This document shows, piece by piece, positions 23,652 to 37,621 of a DNA stretch of 64,000 bases. A program made the translations under genes and the position numbers. The stretch spans positions 124,001 through 188,000 of the forward strand of contig JAMDHS010000017.1 of the NCBI GenBank assembly GCA_029717555.1, written 5' to 3'. Position 1 is the stretch's first letter, and the number at the start of each line of letters is the position of its first letter. The notes beneath the pieces are model-generated. The model did no database searches. It was not told the origin of the DNA and worked only from the letters and a program-made list of their open reading frames with translations. Source of the DNA: Peribolospora baueri (taxonomy: Eukaryota).

Positions 23652-26600
23652 TTAGTCCTCCTCGTCGACCGGCTGGGGGAAGATTTCATCGACCTCTTTC
23701 CAATGTGTATCCTTGCCCTGCTTGCGAAATGATCCCACCCTATGCCGAATGGGACATCGAAAAATAGGTCAGGACCGGGCTGTGTCTCTTCGGTGCCCGT
23801 TTCCTGGTAGAAAAATCCGAGCGGCATGAACTCACCTCTCCCTCTCCAGCCAATATTCGAGCTTCTTAGCCGACTTCTCTCCCGCATCAAGACCCTCAAC
23901 GACATAACTAGGCTCCCAATATGACTCTCCCGTATCCGGCTCAGTCCTCCTCGTGAACCACCTAGGCCGATGAGGCGGTAGCTCTCCATTCTCCCTCTTC
24001 CGCCTCGTCTCCCGCTGGTGGTCTTCCAGCCATCCTTTGAGCAAGTTCGCGTGTTCGAACTGGCCTTTCTCGAACGCGTGCTGGTCAGGTCGGAGTCGAC
24101 AGTCAGTGGGCGGGAGGTACGGTTGCAGGCCGGAAGGCAAATGGTTGAGCGTGATCGCGAACGGAGTGAGGTTGAACGGCGCCCGCCTCTTTTCCGAGTT
24201 GCGCCAAAGAAGGAGGTACTCTGGGTTGCTCGCGGAAGGGCCATCTTTGCCGTCCTCGTTGCCGGGCACCTTCGCGTCGGGCTGTAGCTCGCCCCTGCCC
24301 ACGCCCACCTTGCGGGCGACCAACTGGCCGTTCCAGCGTCCTGCAATGTCCCACGCCAGGTTGCCCGACGCGTCGTACACCGCTCCTTTGATCTCGTACG
24401 CGTTCGAACCTCGCCAACCCCGCTGCTTGAACGTCAAAACGCAACGGTCGCCTGTACGATGGTTGGTCACCACCTGCATACCATCCGAGTAACGGTCAGT
24501 ATTTGGTCCAAGTCGTATCATGCAAGAGAGCCGTGAACACGTGGCAAAGAGAAAGTAGTAACACTGCTCACCATGTCCCCGAAGTGATCAATGGTTGGGC
24601 TCCCAAGCACAAACCCGCTGACGCTGGTGGTGACCTTATTCCAAGAGTAATGCTCTTTCACGAATCCGACCTGCACGTCCGGGGGATAGTTGGGCGCCCA
24701 CTCTTGCGGCAGCTTGAGGTCCACGTGCGCCACACCTGTGGGGCGGATCTCGAAGGACTTGCCGAGGAACTTGGACCTGAGGAAAACGAAAGTTCGTCAA
24801 TTGAACGTTGCGCGCAGGACCGGGACTTTCGAAGAGTGGCCACTCGACTGACTTTGCATCAACGCATCCGAAGTAATTCCAAGTAGGCGACTCTGCGATG
24901 CATGCGGATATCGGCTGAGATGGTGGGAAAAGATCCACAGAAGGGTCAGCATTACCTTCCTCTCTCCTCCGGATGAACTGCCGTACTCACCGGATGGTGC
25001 GAGACCTGCTCGCTCATGTACCGATAGTGCTTGTCTAATCTGGCATACTCGAAAGTCTCGCCAAGTAAAGGATTGAAAGGCTTGGCGATGCGACCGATGG
25101 TGCTCGAATAGTTGGACATCGCGAACGCGGCGACGAAGGCGATACGCTTGGTCGAGTCCTCTTGCGCGGCCGCGGCATCGAGGCATTCGGAGAACTCCAT
25201 GTCCTCGGCCATGCGTTGAAGCATCGATGTCGGCTCGTTGAAATAAACGGGGAATGAGATCCTCGTAAGGTCCTTGCCGATGGAGCCTTTGAGAATGGCC
25301 CAGAGACTGCGAGAAGTCCAAACACGGGACGACATAAATAAGCAATTCAGGTGGTCCGATGATACGGTAGACGGCAGGATGACTCACGAAACCGGCGGTC
25401 TGTCATCGTCAGCGAGCGGCATTGTGGTCCTTAGATGCGTGTAAGGAGTAAACGAGTCGAGATTGAGGTTGTTGATGTCTATGGTTCTAGGCCACTCCTG
25501 TTCCCCAGCGCGATCCAGCGGGGTCTCAACTTTCAGCCCTGGCAGGTTTCCGGTCTCGATGGCATCAAAGAAGTCGTCGTCGCCATCCATCTCCGTGTCC
25601 GCTTCTGAGAATATTTCGTCCAGCGCTGCCGCCGAGGATGCTTGACGGAGCGAGCCGGAGGGCGAAGCGAGCGTGTTGTTTGGCGATTCCAGGCGTAGGG
25701 ACGTGAGGGCTGAGGGAAGTGCACCCTCCCGTCGAGAGACAATGGTACTACCAGGGGTCTGCAGTACGTCATCCAAAGCGTTCTTCTTCGGCGGTGGCGA
25801 AGAGGTAGCGGTGGCCGTTGGCGCAGGCGGGGATGTCGGCGGGCTGAATGGCGGGGAGGAAGAGCTCGCAATCGACTCGCGGACCGTGCGCAGCGTCCGT
25901 CGTCGATGCTCCGCCTCCACCGCAGCTTGCCTGAGAGCAGCATCCATCTCGGCGTGCTGTTTCGCTAGCTCCTGCATGTTCTGCTCCCAGAGGTGCTTGG
26001 CTTGAACCTAAACATGGAAGATATCGGGATCAGACGATGCAAGCACTGGGGCTCGACCCTCTCGAATTAACTTACCTCTTGCTCGAATCGCTTGACCAAG
26101 TACTTTTCCCTCTCGTCAACGATGCCCTGATACTCCTTCACCATCTCCTCCAAAGTCTTCAAACTCTGCTTGACTGCATCCATTAGCTGCGAGTCCGCGG
26201 CAGACGACCCACCGTCCACAGGAGAAGTGGCGGGAGGCGGCTTGATGGAGTGAAGCAACTGATGTACCATACCCAGCTGGGTATGAATGGAAGTAGTGAG
26301 GAGGTGGTACCGGTCCTCGTGAGGCGTCTGAACCGTCTTGGAGAATGCATCGCCTATCATGGCCTCGTCGCCCTCCTCGCCATCAGCTTCTGCATCCGGC
26401 TCATCCGCATCTTGATCCTCCGACGGCGAATTGGAGACGACCGAAGGCGTATGTGAAGTGGAGCTGCGCTGTTGCGCTGACGAGGCGCCCAGTGACGCCG
26501 CTCGAGGGCTCTCGAAAGACTTGCCCATGGTCATGGTGGTGTTACCCGCGGTGTCCACACTGAGCAGGCCACTTTGCCGCTGGCCCGCCGATAGAATATC

Positions 26601-28675
26601 GATGGAACCACTACGACTGGGCACCGGTCGATGGGCATCCGAGCGACCCGAATTCAAGCGTTGCTCGCGTTCTTGTCGGTAAAACTCAATGTTCTGTTCG
26701 AGCGCATGGATCCATCGCGCTCGCTCGACGGGATGCGAGCCCCGTATGTAGATCTATTGGGGAGAAACGGGTGAGCGAGACACTGTTGAGCACGCATGGG
26801 TCGTCGCGAAGCAAAAGATAGAGAAACGACGGGCATATAGAAACGTACTTTCGGCCCTTTACTGCCATGCTGCGTACTAGCAACCTCGAATCGATGCTTG
26901 TCGTTTCCATCCGCCTTGACGGTTGCGAAGCGCATGTTGATAGCACCGCGGCTCAATTTGCCCTCGTCCTCCTGGGTGCGATAATATGATAGCACTCCGT
27001 TATCGAGGACGAACCACCGCGTCTTGTAGCCCTGGGCCATGTTCGTCCATTTTTGCTGATTGCCCAAAAGATGTGGAAGGTCAAATGCAGTTCGTTGACG
27101 AAGGCTTGGTAGCTGAGAGGATCTCACCATGTACCCCTTGAGCGAGGGTGCCTTGCCAGGTGCGGCTTGCGCCCGTCGTGCTGCATCGGCACTCGTGACT
27201 GGAGACGAAAGGGTGTAGGGTCCAAACTTTGATATGATAGACACGAGATACACACACACATACACTCACACTGCCGCAGGTATGCCTTTATCTTCTCGTC
27301 CTTGGCTACGTCGATCACGCTCTTTCCTTTCCTATCCCTGGCAAGCACGTCCGCCCCCCTGCGCACGGCCAGTTCAACCATCCTCATGTCCTTGCGCCTC
27401 GTCGCCTCATGCAGGAGTGTGGTCCCTGTCGAAAGGTCTTGACTGTTCAAGTCGAGCACGCGGTAGCGAGGTTGGGAGAGCAGCGATACGAGACGGGCAG
27501 GAGAGTCGGGGACCGAGGAGATGTATTCGGAGAGGGTGAGGAGATATCGGTCGTTATACTCTGCACGAGAAACTGGAGAAAAAAAAACCGAGCATTTGCG
27601 TCATGTTAAGATCAGAAAGTGGCTCATCACCCGTTTCCAAAAGACAAACCGAGCCAACCTTGTATGATCTGAGCTATCTCAGGCCTTTCGGCAATGTCAA
27701 GAGCCTCCTTTCCTTGCCGGTTGCGTATTGTATCGTCAATGTCCTTCTGACCTAGCAGCAAACGGACCACATCAGCACGTCCCATGGAAGAAGCGATGTG
27801 AAGTGGTGTGCTCCAGGTATCCGAATCAAGGGCGTTCACATCGGTGTGCTTGGAGGAAAGAACAAATTCGATCGTCGGGTCTGCATGCACCGGGATCAAG
27901 CGCGTGAGTGAATACATCGATCAAAGTGGAGGAAAGGATGTCAGCAACCACGAGCAAGTCCTAGCGCTCTCAGAAGATGAGAATCCTCACATTCGGCGCA
28001 ACGGATAGCCAGATGCAGCGGACTAGCCAGTTCACTCTTGACCAGCGTTTTCTGATCCGCCTCCTCCGAATCCTTGCCAGCGGTGACGGTGTTCCGCGCA
28101 GATGTGTCTAAGCTACCCTTTCGAGTCGCACTCCGAATGCTGGCCGCCGTGCCGACACGAGAGAGGCCGCGGGAGGGGGGACGGGGGACCGGCGACGACG
28201 ACTGGGAGGCGGCGTACAGAATGGAAGCAGGAACAGAGGTGGTTTGGGAGACCGAAGCGGTCAGGAAGGGCATGATACGTGCGACATCGCCTGGTACAAG
28301 GGCGGACGACAAGGGGAATTGGAATACCCATGTAAGAACATGACACTAAGGCGCGCTCTCTGAGAAGTGGCACAGAAAAGCGAGTCGAATAAAGCTGTTG
28401 GCTCACCGCTTCGCAACGCCTCAAGCAACTTGAACGAGTAAACGGCATCGCTGCCTGCTACGGCGGTGGAAGGGGTCCCCAAAGGGCCGGAGCCAAAGGA
28501 ACAGAACGAGAGTGAGTGCCCGTTCAATCGAAGACGGTGCAGCTTCCGTGCAAAGTTAACAAAAATAATCGCAACCGAGCCATGGGGTGAGGACAATTGC
28601 CGAGTCGCACTCACTCTCCGTCGAAGTTATGATAGAAGAGGCGCGCCCGGCGCCGCCCGGCGTGTTCTGAGCCAT
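23652..28675 (-). CDS. OSH1: Oxysterol-binding protein, long form (ankyrin repeats, PH, FFAT, ORD)
   Basis: Ankyrin TPLHIASSMGR and TLLHEATRRKD; PH WTNMAQGYKTRWFVLDNGVLSYY; FFAT DDDFFDAIE; ORD KPFNPLLGETFEY, EQVSHHP, LPPTDCRLRPD; last exon HWKEVDEIF...*. Confidence 0.93.
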
Positions 28676-29095
28676 GCGGATATCTCCTTCGAGAGCAGAT
28701 GCTGATCTCGGCTCGCAAAAAGGGGCGGAACTCAAAGCTGAAAAATCCCAAGGCTGAGGTCCAAGAATATGGTCAAAGCGGGGAGAAGAGAGACGATGTG
28801 GAGAGGAAGTTCGCTATTGAGGGGTTGGATGGTGGTGGAGGAAGGGATCCGCCCGCGTCCGTTCCTCTGAACATTGCCCCCGCACGTGCCATCGTATCAC
28901 GCTGAAGTCATCGCCACACGTGGCATTATCTTTCACGTGACAAACTGTGGTTGCCGACGTTTCGGCTGCGGAAGCTGCTTCCGGTTTCCGGCGCAGCAGC
29001 TTCCATTCACCCCATCCATCTATCGATCGAACCTCCAAAAAAAGCATGGTATTCTACAGAGTCCGGTGCGGACTCGGGCGGACTACTTGGCCACA

Positions 29096-30704
29096 TCACG
29101 GTGCCACGCCTACCGCGCCATGCGCGACTGCGTCGCCGCCAGCCGCATTGACCCCGCCCGCGACGTGAGCGACATGGGCAGCGACGCTCGCGGCTGTGTC
29201 CTTCGCCCACCCTGCGGCTGCTTTTACGCCTTGCGCAGCTGCGGCGCGCGTTCGGTCGTCGTCTACGCCCTCCATGTCGAGGAAGAGTGGTTGTGGGTCC
29301 GCAAAGGCCTCGTAGAGGTAGATGAGGCCGAAGAGGAGGAAGAGGCAGGCACCTCCGAGGGTGACTGGCGCATGGTGAGGTGAAAGAGAAAAGACATCAG
29401 CATCAACCGTCCTGGGCGATAGGTCTCTTTCCGAGTACGTGCGACAGTCGATGCGCACCATGTTTTACAGAGATTTTGCTCGCCAAATATCGGCCGCCGA
29501 GCACCGCCAATGATGTGCACAGGGCATGGCCGATCACTGTCCCGATGGTGACAAGGTAGGGGTTCTGACCGAGGTCGAAAGGGAAGCGAGTGTGCGGGGA
29601 TGAGGGAGCGTTCCGACGATAGACCGACCAGGCTCCCTTTAAACCGCTGAACTCACATGTGCAGCTGCGAGAGCGATGGTAGCAATTTGGCTTCGATCTC
29701 CCCACTCTCCGAGGAAGGTCAACACGAACGCCTGAGCGAAGACAGGGCTGAAGAAGAGCTGGCAAAGGTTCCTAGCTCCTTCCTTGAAATTCTGCTTCGC
29801 AGCAGGTTCCCTTTTGTCGCCTAATGGTGGACGGGCCCGACCCCAGTCTCGGGAAACTTTGCTTGCCATGCCAGGCGTGGCGGGTCGCGATGGAGGGAGG
29901 GGCGAGTTGATGGCGTTGACAAAGTGGTCTTCCGTTTGCCCATCTTCGACCTCGCCCCTTCCGGCTTCCAGGGCCTCGAGCGAAATGGCCTCCCCGTTCC
30001 CGTAAACATTCCGCCCTTCCGCCTCCGCCTCCTCTTCCTCGATCTCCTGCTCCGCCTCTCTCAACTCCTCTCTCACCGCTTCCGTACCCCCTTCCATCTC
30101 CAATCCATCCTTGAGCATTTTGGCACCAAACACAAGGAAGAGCACTGATGCTGCGAACTCGGTAAGGGAGCGCGGGATGAGCGAAGGAAGGATATAGCCT
30201 AGCGCTGCGGAGAGGGCAGACATGACCGCTAAGGACAACCATGCGCCGAGGAAGACAGTCACGCGGGCACGGCGCATGGCCAGGATCGCAGCGATGAGGA
30301 ACGTCTTGTCCCCGATCTCGGACATCTGTCGGAGCGGAGAGGTGGATAAATGGAGCAGAGATAATCATCGCAGGTAATGAGAGGACGCTTAGGCGTGAGC
30401 ATGCACCCATTTCCTTGTGCGAGCGCATGTTTCGTCCACCCGTTGATCCATCAAGACAGTCTGTGCTTCCCTGGCTTGACCTAGCAGTGCTAAGTGGGAG
30501 CCGACGTCCACTCCGGGCCCTTCCCTTTACAAAGGGTGCAAGCCTGGGAGTGTTCCTAAGATTTAAGTATGCCGGAATACTCACGACGATCATCGCAAAG
30601 GAATGCCACAACGCTCTCGGATCCGCCTCCAGCAGCGCCTGGAAACGTCGGAGAGAGCTACCGTCGAAGGCCGTGGCGACGACGTCCGGCGTTACCGCAT
30701 CCAT
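29096..30704 (-). CDS. GDT1: GDT1/TMEM165 (UPF0016) Ca2+/Mn2+ transporter
   Basis: Two signature motifs, SEIGDKTFL and GEWGDRSQIATI, plus IGHALCTSLAVLGG. Confidence 0.93.
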
Positions 30705-31230
30705 GGCGGGTGTCGAGTACAGGTCCAACCCTCCGTAGACAGGCCAGAGTCCTACGAGAGCGAATTGGGAGGGAAGTGGCTTGAGAAGAGGTCTCCAAGA
30801 GCGGTCGAGCAGAGTGATCTTGGCGAGCAGAAGCGGGCTGTATCGTCCCTTCTTGGTCCCCAGGCTGGACGTGCGCAGTGACTGCGGTCGAGTAGCCGCT
30901 CGGCACGTGATGCGAGAGCGCGACGCGTTGTGCTTGTCCAATGAAGGTCGCTTGCGTGGCTGGTGGTTTCCTGTGCGCATGTGGGTTTGGATCTTCTGCT
31001 CGTGCTGCATCCATCGTCCGACCGTCCTTAGCGCCACTAACATACGGTACATTAACACGTACGCTGACGGACGGACGACAGACCGCTTACTTGGTCTTTT
31101 AAATTTTCTCTCTTCATCGACACACGACCGCGCCTGGCACAACTTCAGTGGCGACCGCCTCAGCTTCATCCGCCAACCGCGCTCACTTACCCGCCGTCGC
31201 AGGAGGAGCTAGACTCGCATCGAGTGTCCC

Positions 31231-34200
31231 ATGAGGCTCCGAAGCAGTCGATCAGTGGACACCGTTCCCACTTCCACTGACTCTCCAGAGAGGGAGGAGG
31301 AGCGAGAGGAGGAGATGGAGCTATCCAGCGACGATGGGGGTTCTCCTTGCCCGATGCTCGCTTCGTCGGTGACAAGCATTCCAGCACCAGATGACACCAT
31401 GCATTTCTCCGAACTTGGCATAGATGAGGAGGGCTTTTGCGCAGAAGGGGTTCAACCTGAACACGCCGAGCACGATGGGAGCCAATTTTCCGCCTTAGAC
31501 GTCCACACGCCATCCAATTCCTGGATCCCGGCGGAATCCAAGCACGGTCTCGAAGCAATCTCTCCCTCTCTCTTTACGACTATGACGCCCAAACCGAGTG
31601 GGCGTGAGAGCGGTTCTCTGCGAAACTACGCGCGTCTTTCAACTACGCTCTCCGTGGAACTCGAGCCTGGGACTGCTGAGGAAAAGGGCGCCGCGGACGT
31701 GGAAGAGGAAGGGGAAGGGGAAGGGGAAGATGAAGCGGAAGCGGAAGCGGAATGGATGGGCACGATGGACGAGGAGGCAGCACAGCGATGTCTCTGCCTT
31801 GAGAAGCTCGTGGAAGAGTCGCGTGTTGAGCTCGCCTTCAAAGAGAACGAGGTCGAGGCCCTGCGTTTGCAGGACGACGTACGACAACATTCTGTCGGGG
31901 CGGACGAGAGAGCAGTCCTTGTTGAGCAACAAGCAGAGCTGGACACCATCCGCGAAACGGCGCGGCGAGCGGCTGCCGATACCCAAGACAGGACGGCCGA
32001 TCTTCAGCGACAGCTCGACGAACGACAAGCTGAAGCCGACAAGACTCTTCGGACGCTTCGCCAGAGAGACCGAGAGATCGCCGCAGCTAAGAGGCTGCTG
32101 GTTGCTCTTGGCGGTAGCCTTCGAGCGGCGGCCTCCGAGTCCGGCCACCATCGCTCTCGTTCTCCATCCCCACTACCTCTGGATTCTCCTGGCTCCAGTC
32201 TCTCCCCCCGGTCATTCCAAGATGATTTAATAGACACGATCGAGCAAGCACGGATGGAGTGGCAGACGGTCCAAGACCAACTGGATTTCCTCCGTGTTGA
32301 ATCAGGTCTTCAGCTCAAGGACCTCGGGTTCACCGTTGAGGCGCAGGAACAGGAGATCAAACACCTCAAGGCCGAGTTACGAATCAAGGCGGAACTTCTA
32401 CATGCCGCGGAGGATGCTAGGCGGGACGCTCGGAGGGAGGTGGAGGAGGTGCACGAGCAGCTCTCCAGTCTTCAGGCCGATTCATCCTCGGTATCTGCTG
32501 TCGACCTCGCCCCATCGGTCGACTCCGACGCATCGCAGGTGCGCGAGCTTGAATATGCGCTGGAGGAGAAGTCCCAACTGATCGAGGCACAGGACCAGAA
32601 GCTTAAGGAGCAGCGGAACGTCCTGGAGGGTGTCCAAGATCAGCTTCGCCACGCCATCCAACAGCGCGAGAGCGTCGAGCGAGCACTTCGAGACAGAGAG
32701 GAGGAGGCGTTTGTCCAATCCGTTTCCGCGGACGCGTCTCGTATGCAAGGACTCGAGTCAGCTCTGGAAGAGAAGTCCCAGTTGGTGGAGGCCCAAGAGC
32801 AGAAGCTCACGGAGCAACGACATCATTTAGAAAGCATGGAAGAACAGCTCCGTCACGCCATTCAACAGCGCGAGGGCATAGAGCGAGCACTCCGAGAGCG
32901 GGAGGAGGAGGCTTTCGGTGCTCAAGAGCGCTTGGAAGCCTCCAGGCAGAGGACAGCGCGCATCGGCGACCTTTTCGACAAGCTCGAAGCCAGGCGGGCT
33001 CGGCTTCACGAACTGACAGCCCGGCACGACGTTCTTCAGCGCGGCGTCAAGGACGGAGCGGACCACATCGCGGGATTGGAACATCGGCTGTCGGCTTTTG
33101 AGGCCGATGCGGCCGAGTGTCAGCTCTCACATGAGAACATGGCCAGCGTACTAGCTGGAGTGCGACCTGGTGCGCCTGAATCTATGCTAGAAGCCGAGAG
33201 TGACAAGACGGCGATGGACTCATTGCAGCGGGAACTGGCCGAGGCGGTTCAAGAACGGGACGCGCAGAGGGAACAGGTCGCTGCGCTCGAATACAAGCTG
33301 GCGGCGTTAGAGGCTTCTCAGCATGACCTTGAGCAAGAACTCGAGGTTGCGAGGAGCGCAACGCCTTCCGCCAACACGGCGGTTGAAGCGGACCTTCGCG
33401 CTGCAGCGCAGACGTGCAGCGAGCTGGAGCAGGCGAAGGAGAAGCTGGTGGAGGAAATCGAGAACCTCAAGGAAGCTTCCGCTGTTGCGACGCTCGCGGC
33501 TGAGACCAAGTTGCGTGCCACCGAGGAGAAGGCAGCCTCCCTCGAATCTGCTCGGGAAAGTCTTGTAGCTGATCTCGACAACGCCAGGACTGAGACGGAG
33601 ACGCTTAGAGCCGAATTGGAGTCAAGCCTGCGTGCCGCCCGGGACAAAATTACGTTGCTGGAAGACGCTCAACAACGCGTTCGGATGGAGCTCGACGAAA
33701 CGAGGAATGCTCTCTCTGTAGCAAACACTAACTCGGACTCGACGGTACGCCTCGCACAAGAACGGACCAGGACACTCGAGATGGAGGTGGAGCGACTGTC
33801 GATGGAGCTCGGGGGGGCTAGAATGGCATTGTCCACGGTCCAGACGGAATCAGAATCGTCTCTCCGCTTTGCCGAGGAACGGGTCAGATCTCTCGAGGCC
33901 GAAGTGGGACGACTGTTAGCCCAGCTCGAGGACACCAAGACGGCTCTCTCCGCTGCGCTCTCGGAACACGCGGCTACGCAGGAGGCGGAGAACGAAAAGC
34001 TGGCGAATGAGCTCGAGATGACTCGGAAAGCTCTGTCTGAGGCGCGATCGGAAGCGGATTCCATGCGCCTCGCCGAGGACCGGGTCAAAGTCCTCGAGTC
34101 GAGCGAACAGCGGCTCTCCAACGAGCTTGAGGCTGCCGGGGTCATGTCAAGGGAAGCGGAACGAATCGCCGAATCGAAGATCAACAAGGCGCGTGAGACG

Positions 34201-35365
34201 ATCGAGTCTTTGGAGGCGGCTGTCGAGCATCTTCAGGCGGAACTCGGTGCGACGTCATCGGCTGCCGCTGCGGCCAAAGCACAGGCGGAATCGGACCGTC
34301 TCGCGTCTGAGGAGAAGATTAAAGTGCTTGAAGAAGCCCAGGAATCTCTCAGGGATGAGCTTAAGGATGCCAAGGCTGCAATGCCCCCGAAGGACGGACA
34401 GGAGGAAGAAGTCGAATACCTCAAGTCTAGGATCGAGGAGTTGGAGAACGACTTGACAGAGAAGGCAAACGAAGTCGAGGAGGCAGATGACAAGGTACGA
34501 GGGTGTCTTAATTGGAGAGAGTGCCGATGGAGCAATCCTGCCAACGTTTGCCTTCGCTTTCACTACTTTGCAGTTTCTCGCCTCGCTCAAGAACGAAAAG
34601 CGACTCGCTGTTAAAGTCAAATCGCTTCAAGAGAAACTCGAAAAGCTCCAACGTCAGGGAGCTTCCTCGGCCGGACCTTCGCCCTCTCCGCCGTTGCAGC
34701 GACCGTCGCCGCTCCGAGTCGGCGAGACAGTCAGCTCTAAGCCAGAAGAGCCACCGAAAAAGCAACTTCCGGCAGACACAGCCCCGGTGGAGCCCGCTCG
34801 CAGCGTCAACGGGAGCGTCACCCGAAAGAGGGCTTTGCCTGACGAGTTCAACCCCGAGTCGACTTCTCCTGGTCGAGCGTTCACATCTGCGCGTCCCATC
34901 CTCCTACCCAGCTCTCATCGGACTACGACCAGCAACGGCTTCACTCCCGTCCGCCGGAGCAAGACTGCATCGCTCAACGGTGGTCAGCGTCAGGCGTCCG
35001 GACTCCGACAAGAGGTCTTCTCGGCCCCCGCGAACGGGGAGAACACATATCCGCCCACGCCAGGTCGATCGAAGGTTGCTCGTACGCGCGGTACTGAGCG
35101 CGGCGCTGAACACACCGAACCGAGCCCTGTGAAGAAGACGGTCTCGAGTCGACCGGTCGTTTCGCGTCCGAAATCGCCGACCAAATCAAATGTGCATGCT
35201 GTTCAGCCTGTGGTCAAAAAACTTGCAGACAGGACAAACACGGCGGAGGTTCCTTCGCCAGGGGTAATGACTTCGGCAAAGACACCTCTCAAGTCTGCGG
35301 CGGACGTGGGTGCCGGGCCAGAGGCGATCATGGCGCGCCTCAAGGCCATGCAGCGAAGGTTGTGA
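31231..35365 (+). CDS. Long coiled-coil protein with internal repeats and a Ser/Pro-rich tail; one intron near 34495-34572
   Basis: 1127-codon ORF rich in E/L/A/R/Q heptads; EADDK|FLASLKNEK splice into the 34487..35365 frame. Confidence 0.8.
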
Positions 35366-35624
35366 GCTTGCAACCCCTCGGACCTTGAAATGCTTCTTCT
35401 CTCTCTTGGAGAATGCAAGGATCGGTTCTGTAAAGTATGGTGGACGACCGAGCTGCACTTGTACACTATATTGCTCGCATCGAATTCGACGAATTGGCTG
35501 CCTCGTAGATATCTAATTTTATCTTTCAAAGGGCATTCATGGGGATTGTGTGTCCCGCACGACTCGCAGGTTGTGATTGGCTGTTGCGGACGTAGGACTC
35601 GGTACAGGAATACGGAGTCACCTG

Positions 35625-37469
35625 TTATGACCCGATGACCTCCTCCAGGACCTTGATGGTTCTATCATATCCGACACTGACGACCGTCCTCGAACCGGGC
35701 ACTACCGCCACATCTCTGACGACGTTGTTTCCTCCCCACCCGACCGTAACTGGGCCAGTCCCTGTAGTCCCGTGTGCGACCGCAGCTTCCCCATGTGCCC
35801 TTATGCACGCCCTCACCTTGCCACTCACGTCGATCACCCTGACGCAGCCGTCCTCGCCCGAAATGACCACGCCGCTGCCGTCCTTGAGCCACATGTGACG
35901 GGGCGAGGCATAGGCGCCCGCTTCGGTGCCCGTCCAGAGAGTCCTCACGCGCTCCCCCGAAAGCAGTGGCAGTAGCAAAATACGCGAGAGCGCCCCCGAC
36001 GAGGTGACGTTGTTTGTAAGCGCGGACGATGTAGCATGATCACCCGTTTGAAGGGAGATGTATCGCCCTGAGGGGTGGAGGCCAATGGACAAGAGGGAGT
36101 AGGAAACGTGGAGATCTAAGTCATTGACGTTTGTGTTGAATTGGACATGTGTAAATGGATCCGTCTGCGTAGGCTTGGAGGATTGTGTTATCTGCTCAGA
36201 GGCGATCGTGGCAGCACCGGGGCCCACTGGAAAGGTCGTGGATCCCGAGGTGGGCGCAGAGTTAGGCAGAGAGAGATAGTGAATGAAGCAGTCGGAGCGG
36301 AGGGTGTACGCAAGTTGGCCGTTTGGCGTGAACAAGATAGCTTCGGGGTTGGTACTGCACTCGTGCCGGTGCCTCTCGGTGACACGAAGGTGCAGTTTGC
36401 GCGCCAGTTCCTCATCTGCATCCTCGGCGCCGCCCTTCCCTTTTTCGTCCTCTGTGGTGACGTTGCTTCCGCCGGCAATATTGCTGTCTTCCGCCTCTAA
36501 TTCGAAGATGGTGATGGTGCGGTCGTACGAAGCCGAGGCGAGCCAGCGCCCACAGGGCGAGAAGGCTACTCTGACCACGAATTTGCGGTGTGCATTCAGA
36601 GTGTGGAGAGTCGCACGGTTGGCCTGCACGACGACACACGACTCAATGAGCCAGAGCACGCTCAAAGCTTGCAAAGATCTGTTTTGAGCTCACAATGTCT
36701 GTAAGGACCACCTGAAGCGACGCAGAAAACGGGACTTTTCAGTGGTGCTCGACAATGCAAGGCAATGTCGGGGGCCCGTTATTTACCTTGCCGTCCATGC
36801 TTCCCGTGGCCATCACCCTTCCTCCAGCCATGGGCCAGAAAGCAATGCTGAGTGTCGCAGCCGTAGTCGGTTCGAAGTATTCCAGTACCTCTCCGGATGC
36901 GAGGTCGGTGAAAGCCACCCTCTTGTCGGCGCCGGAAGTGACGACACATTGACGTCGGGAGACAACAAACGAGAGCGAACCAGAGTCAAAAGATCGACGA
37001 GGAAGATGATGAATGTCGCAGGTAATGATGTTGTTGCCTGTCCAGAAAAGCAGAGGTTCTGTTATGACATCGGGGAGCCCAGGCAACCTAAGCGACGCAG
37101 CGAAGGATTGCACGGAGGTTGCTCACTGTGGACAGTATCCCAGCTCTGTGCGACTCGATATTGAAGCTCCCTCGGCCCCTCCAACCGAGTTTCCAGGGGC
37201 TCCCTAGCCTCGTCGACCTCGTCTAAGCGCAAAGCCTTGAGCCTCGCAGCTGCTTTCTCGCTGAGATAGCTCTCTATCACATCCCTCAGGTCGGGATCGC
37301 CGTCATTCTCCTCGTCCCCAAGTCTAGCTGCCTCGCGCTCTGAGAGAAGGCTTGAAGAAGCGACATCTTTGCGCAATGCCTCCAGCGTACTTCGGTAACC
37401 TTGCAATGCGAGGAAATGCGCTACCAGGCGATGCGAGCGTATGACAGCGTCCTCTTTGCTCGTCGCCAT
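35625..37469 (-). CDS. LisH plus WD40-repeat protein
   Basis: N-terminal LisH-like RLVAHFLALQGYRSTLEALRKD; WD motifs TSGADKRV, ATGSMDG, AHRKFVVRVAFSPCGRWLASASYDRTI, VSVGYDRTIKV. Confidence 0.85.
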
Positions 37470-37621
37470 GATCGAGGTCGTCGTTAAATGCCTCTTCGGT
37501 GTTCTTCGGGCCGGCCCTCACCTGTTGATAGGCTGCGGCGACCTCCATCTTAGGAGAGCTCAAACGCTGCCCGTCCTTGACCAAACATCACTTCGCTCGT
37601 CGAGCTCGCCCCGCCCCCTAT

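Noticed and set aside
29772..31169. 465-aa minus-strand ORF
   Set aside because: A composite of upstream sequence, GDT1 exon 1, intron read-through and an off-frame part of exon 2.
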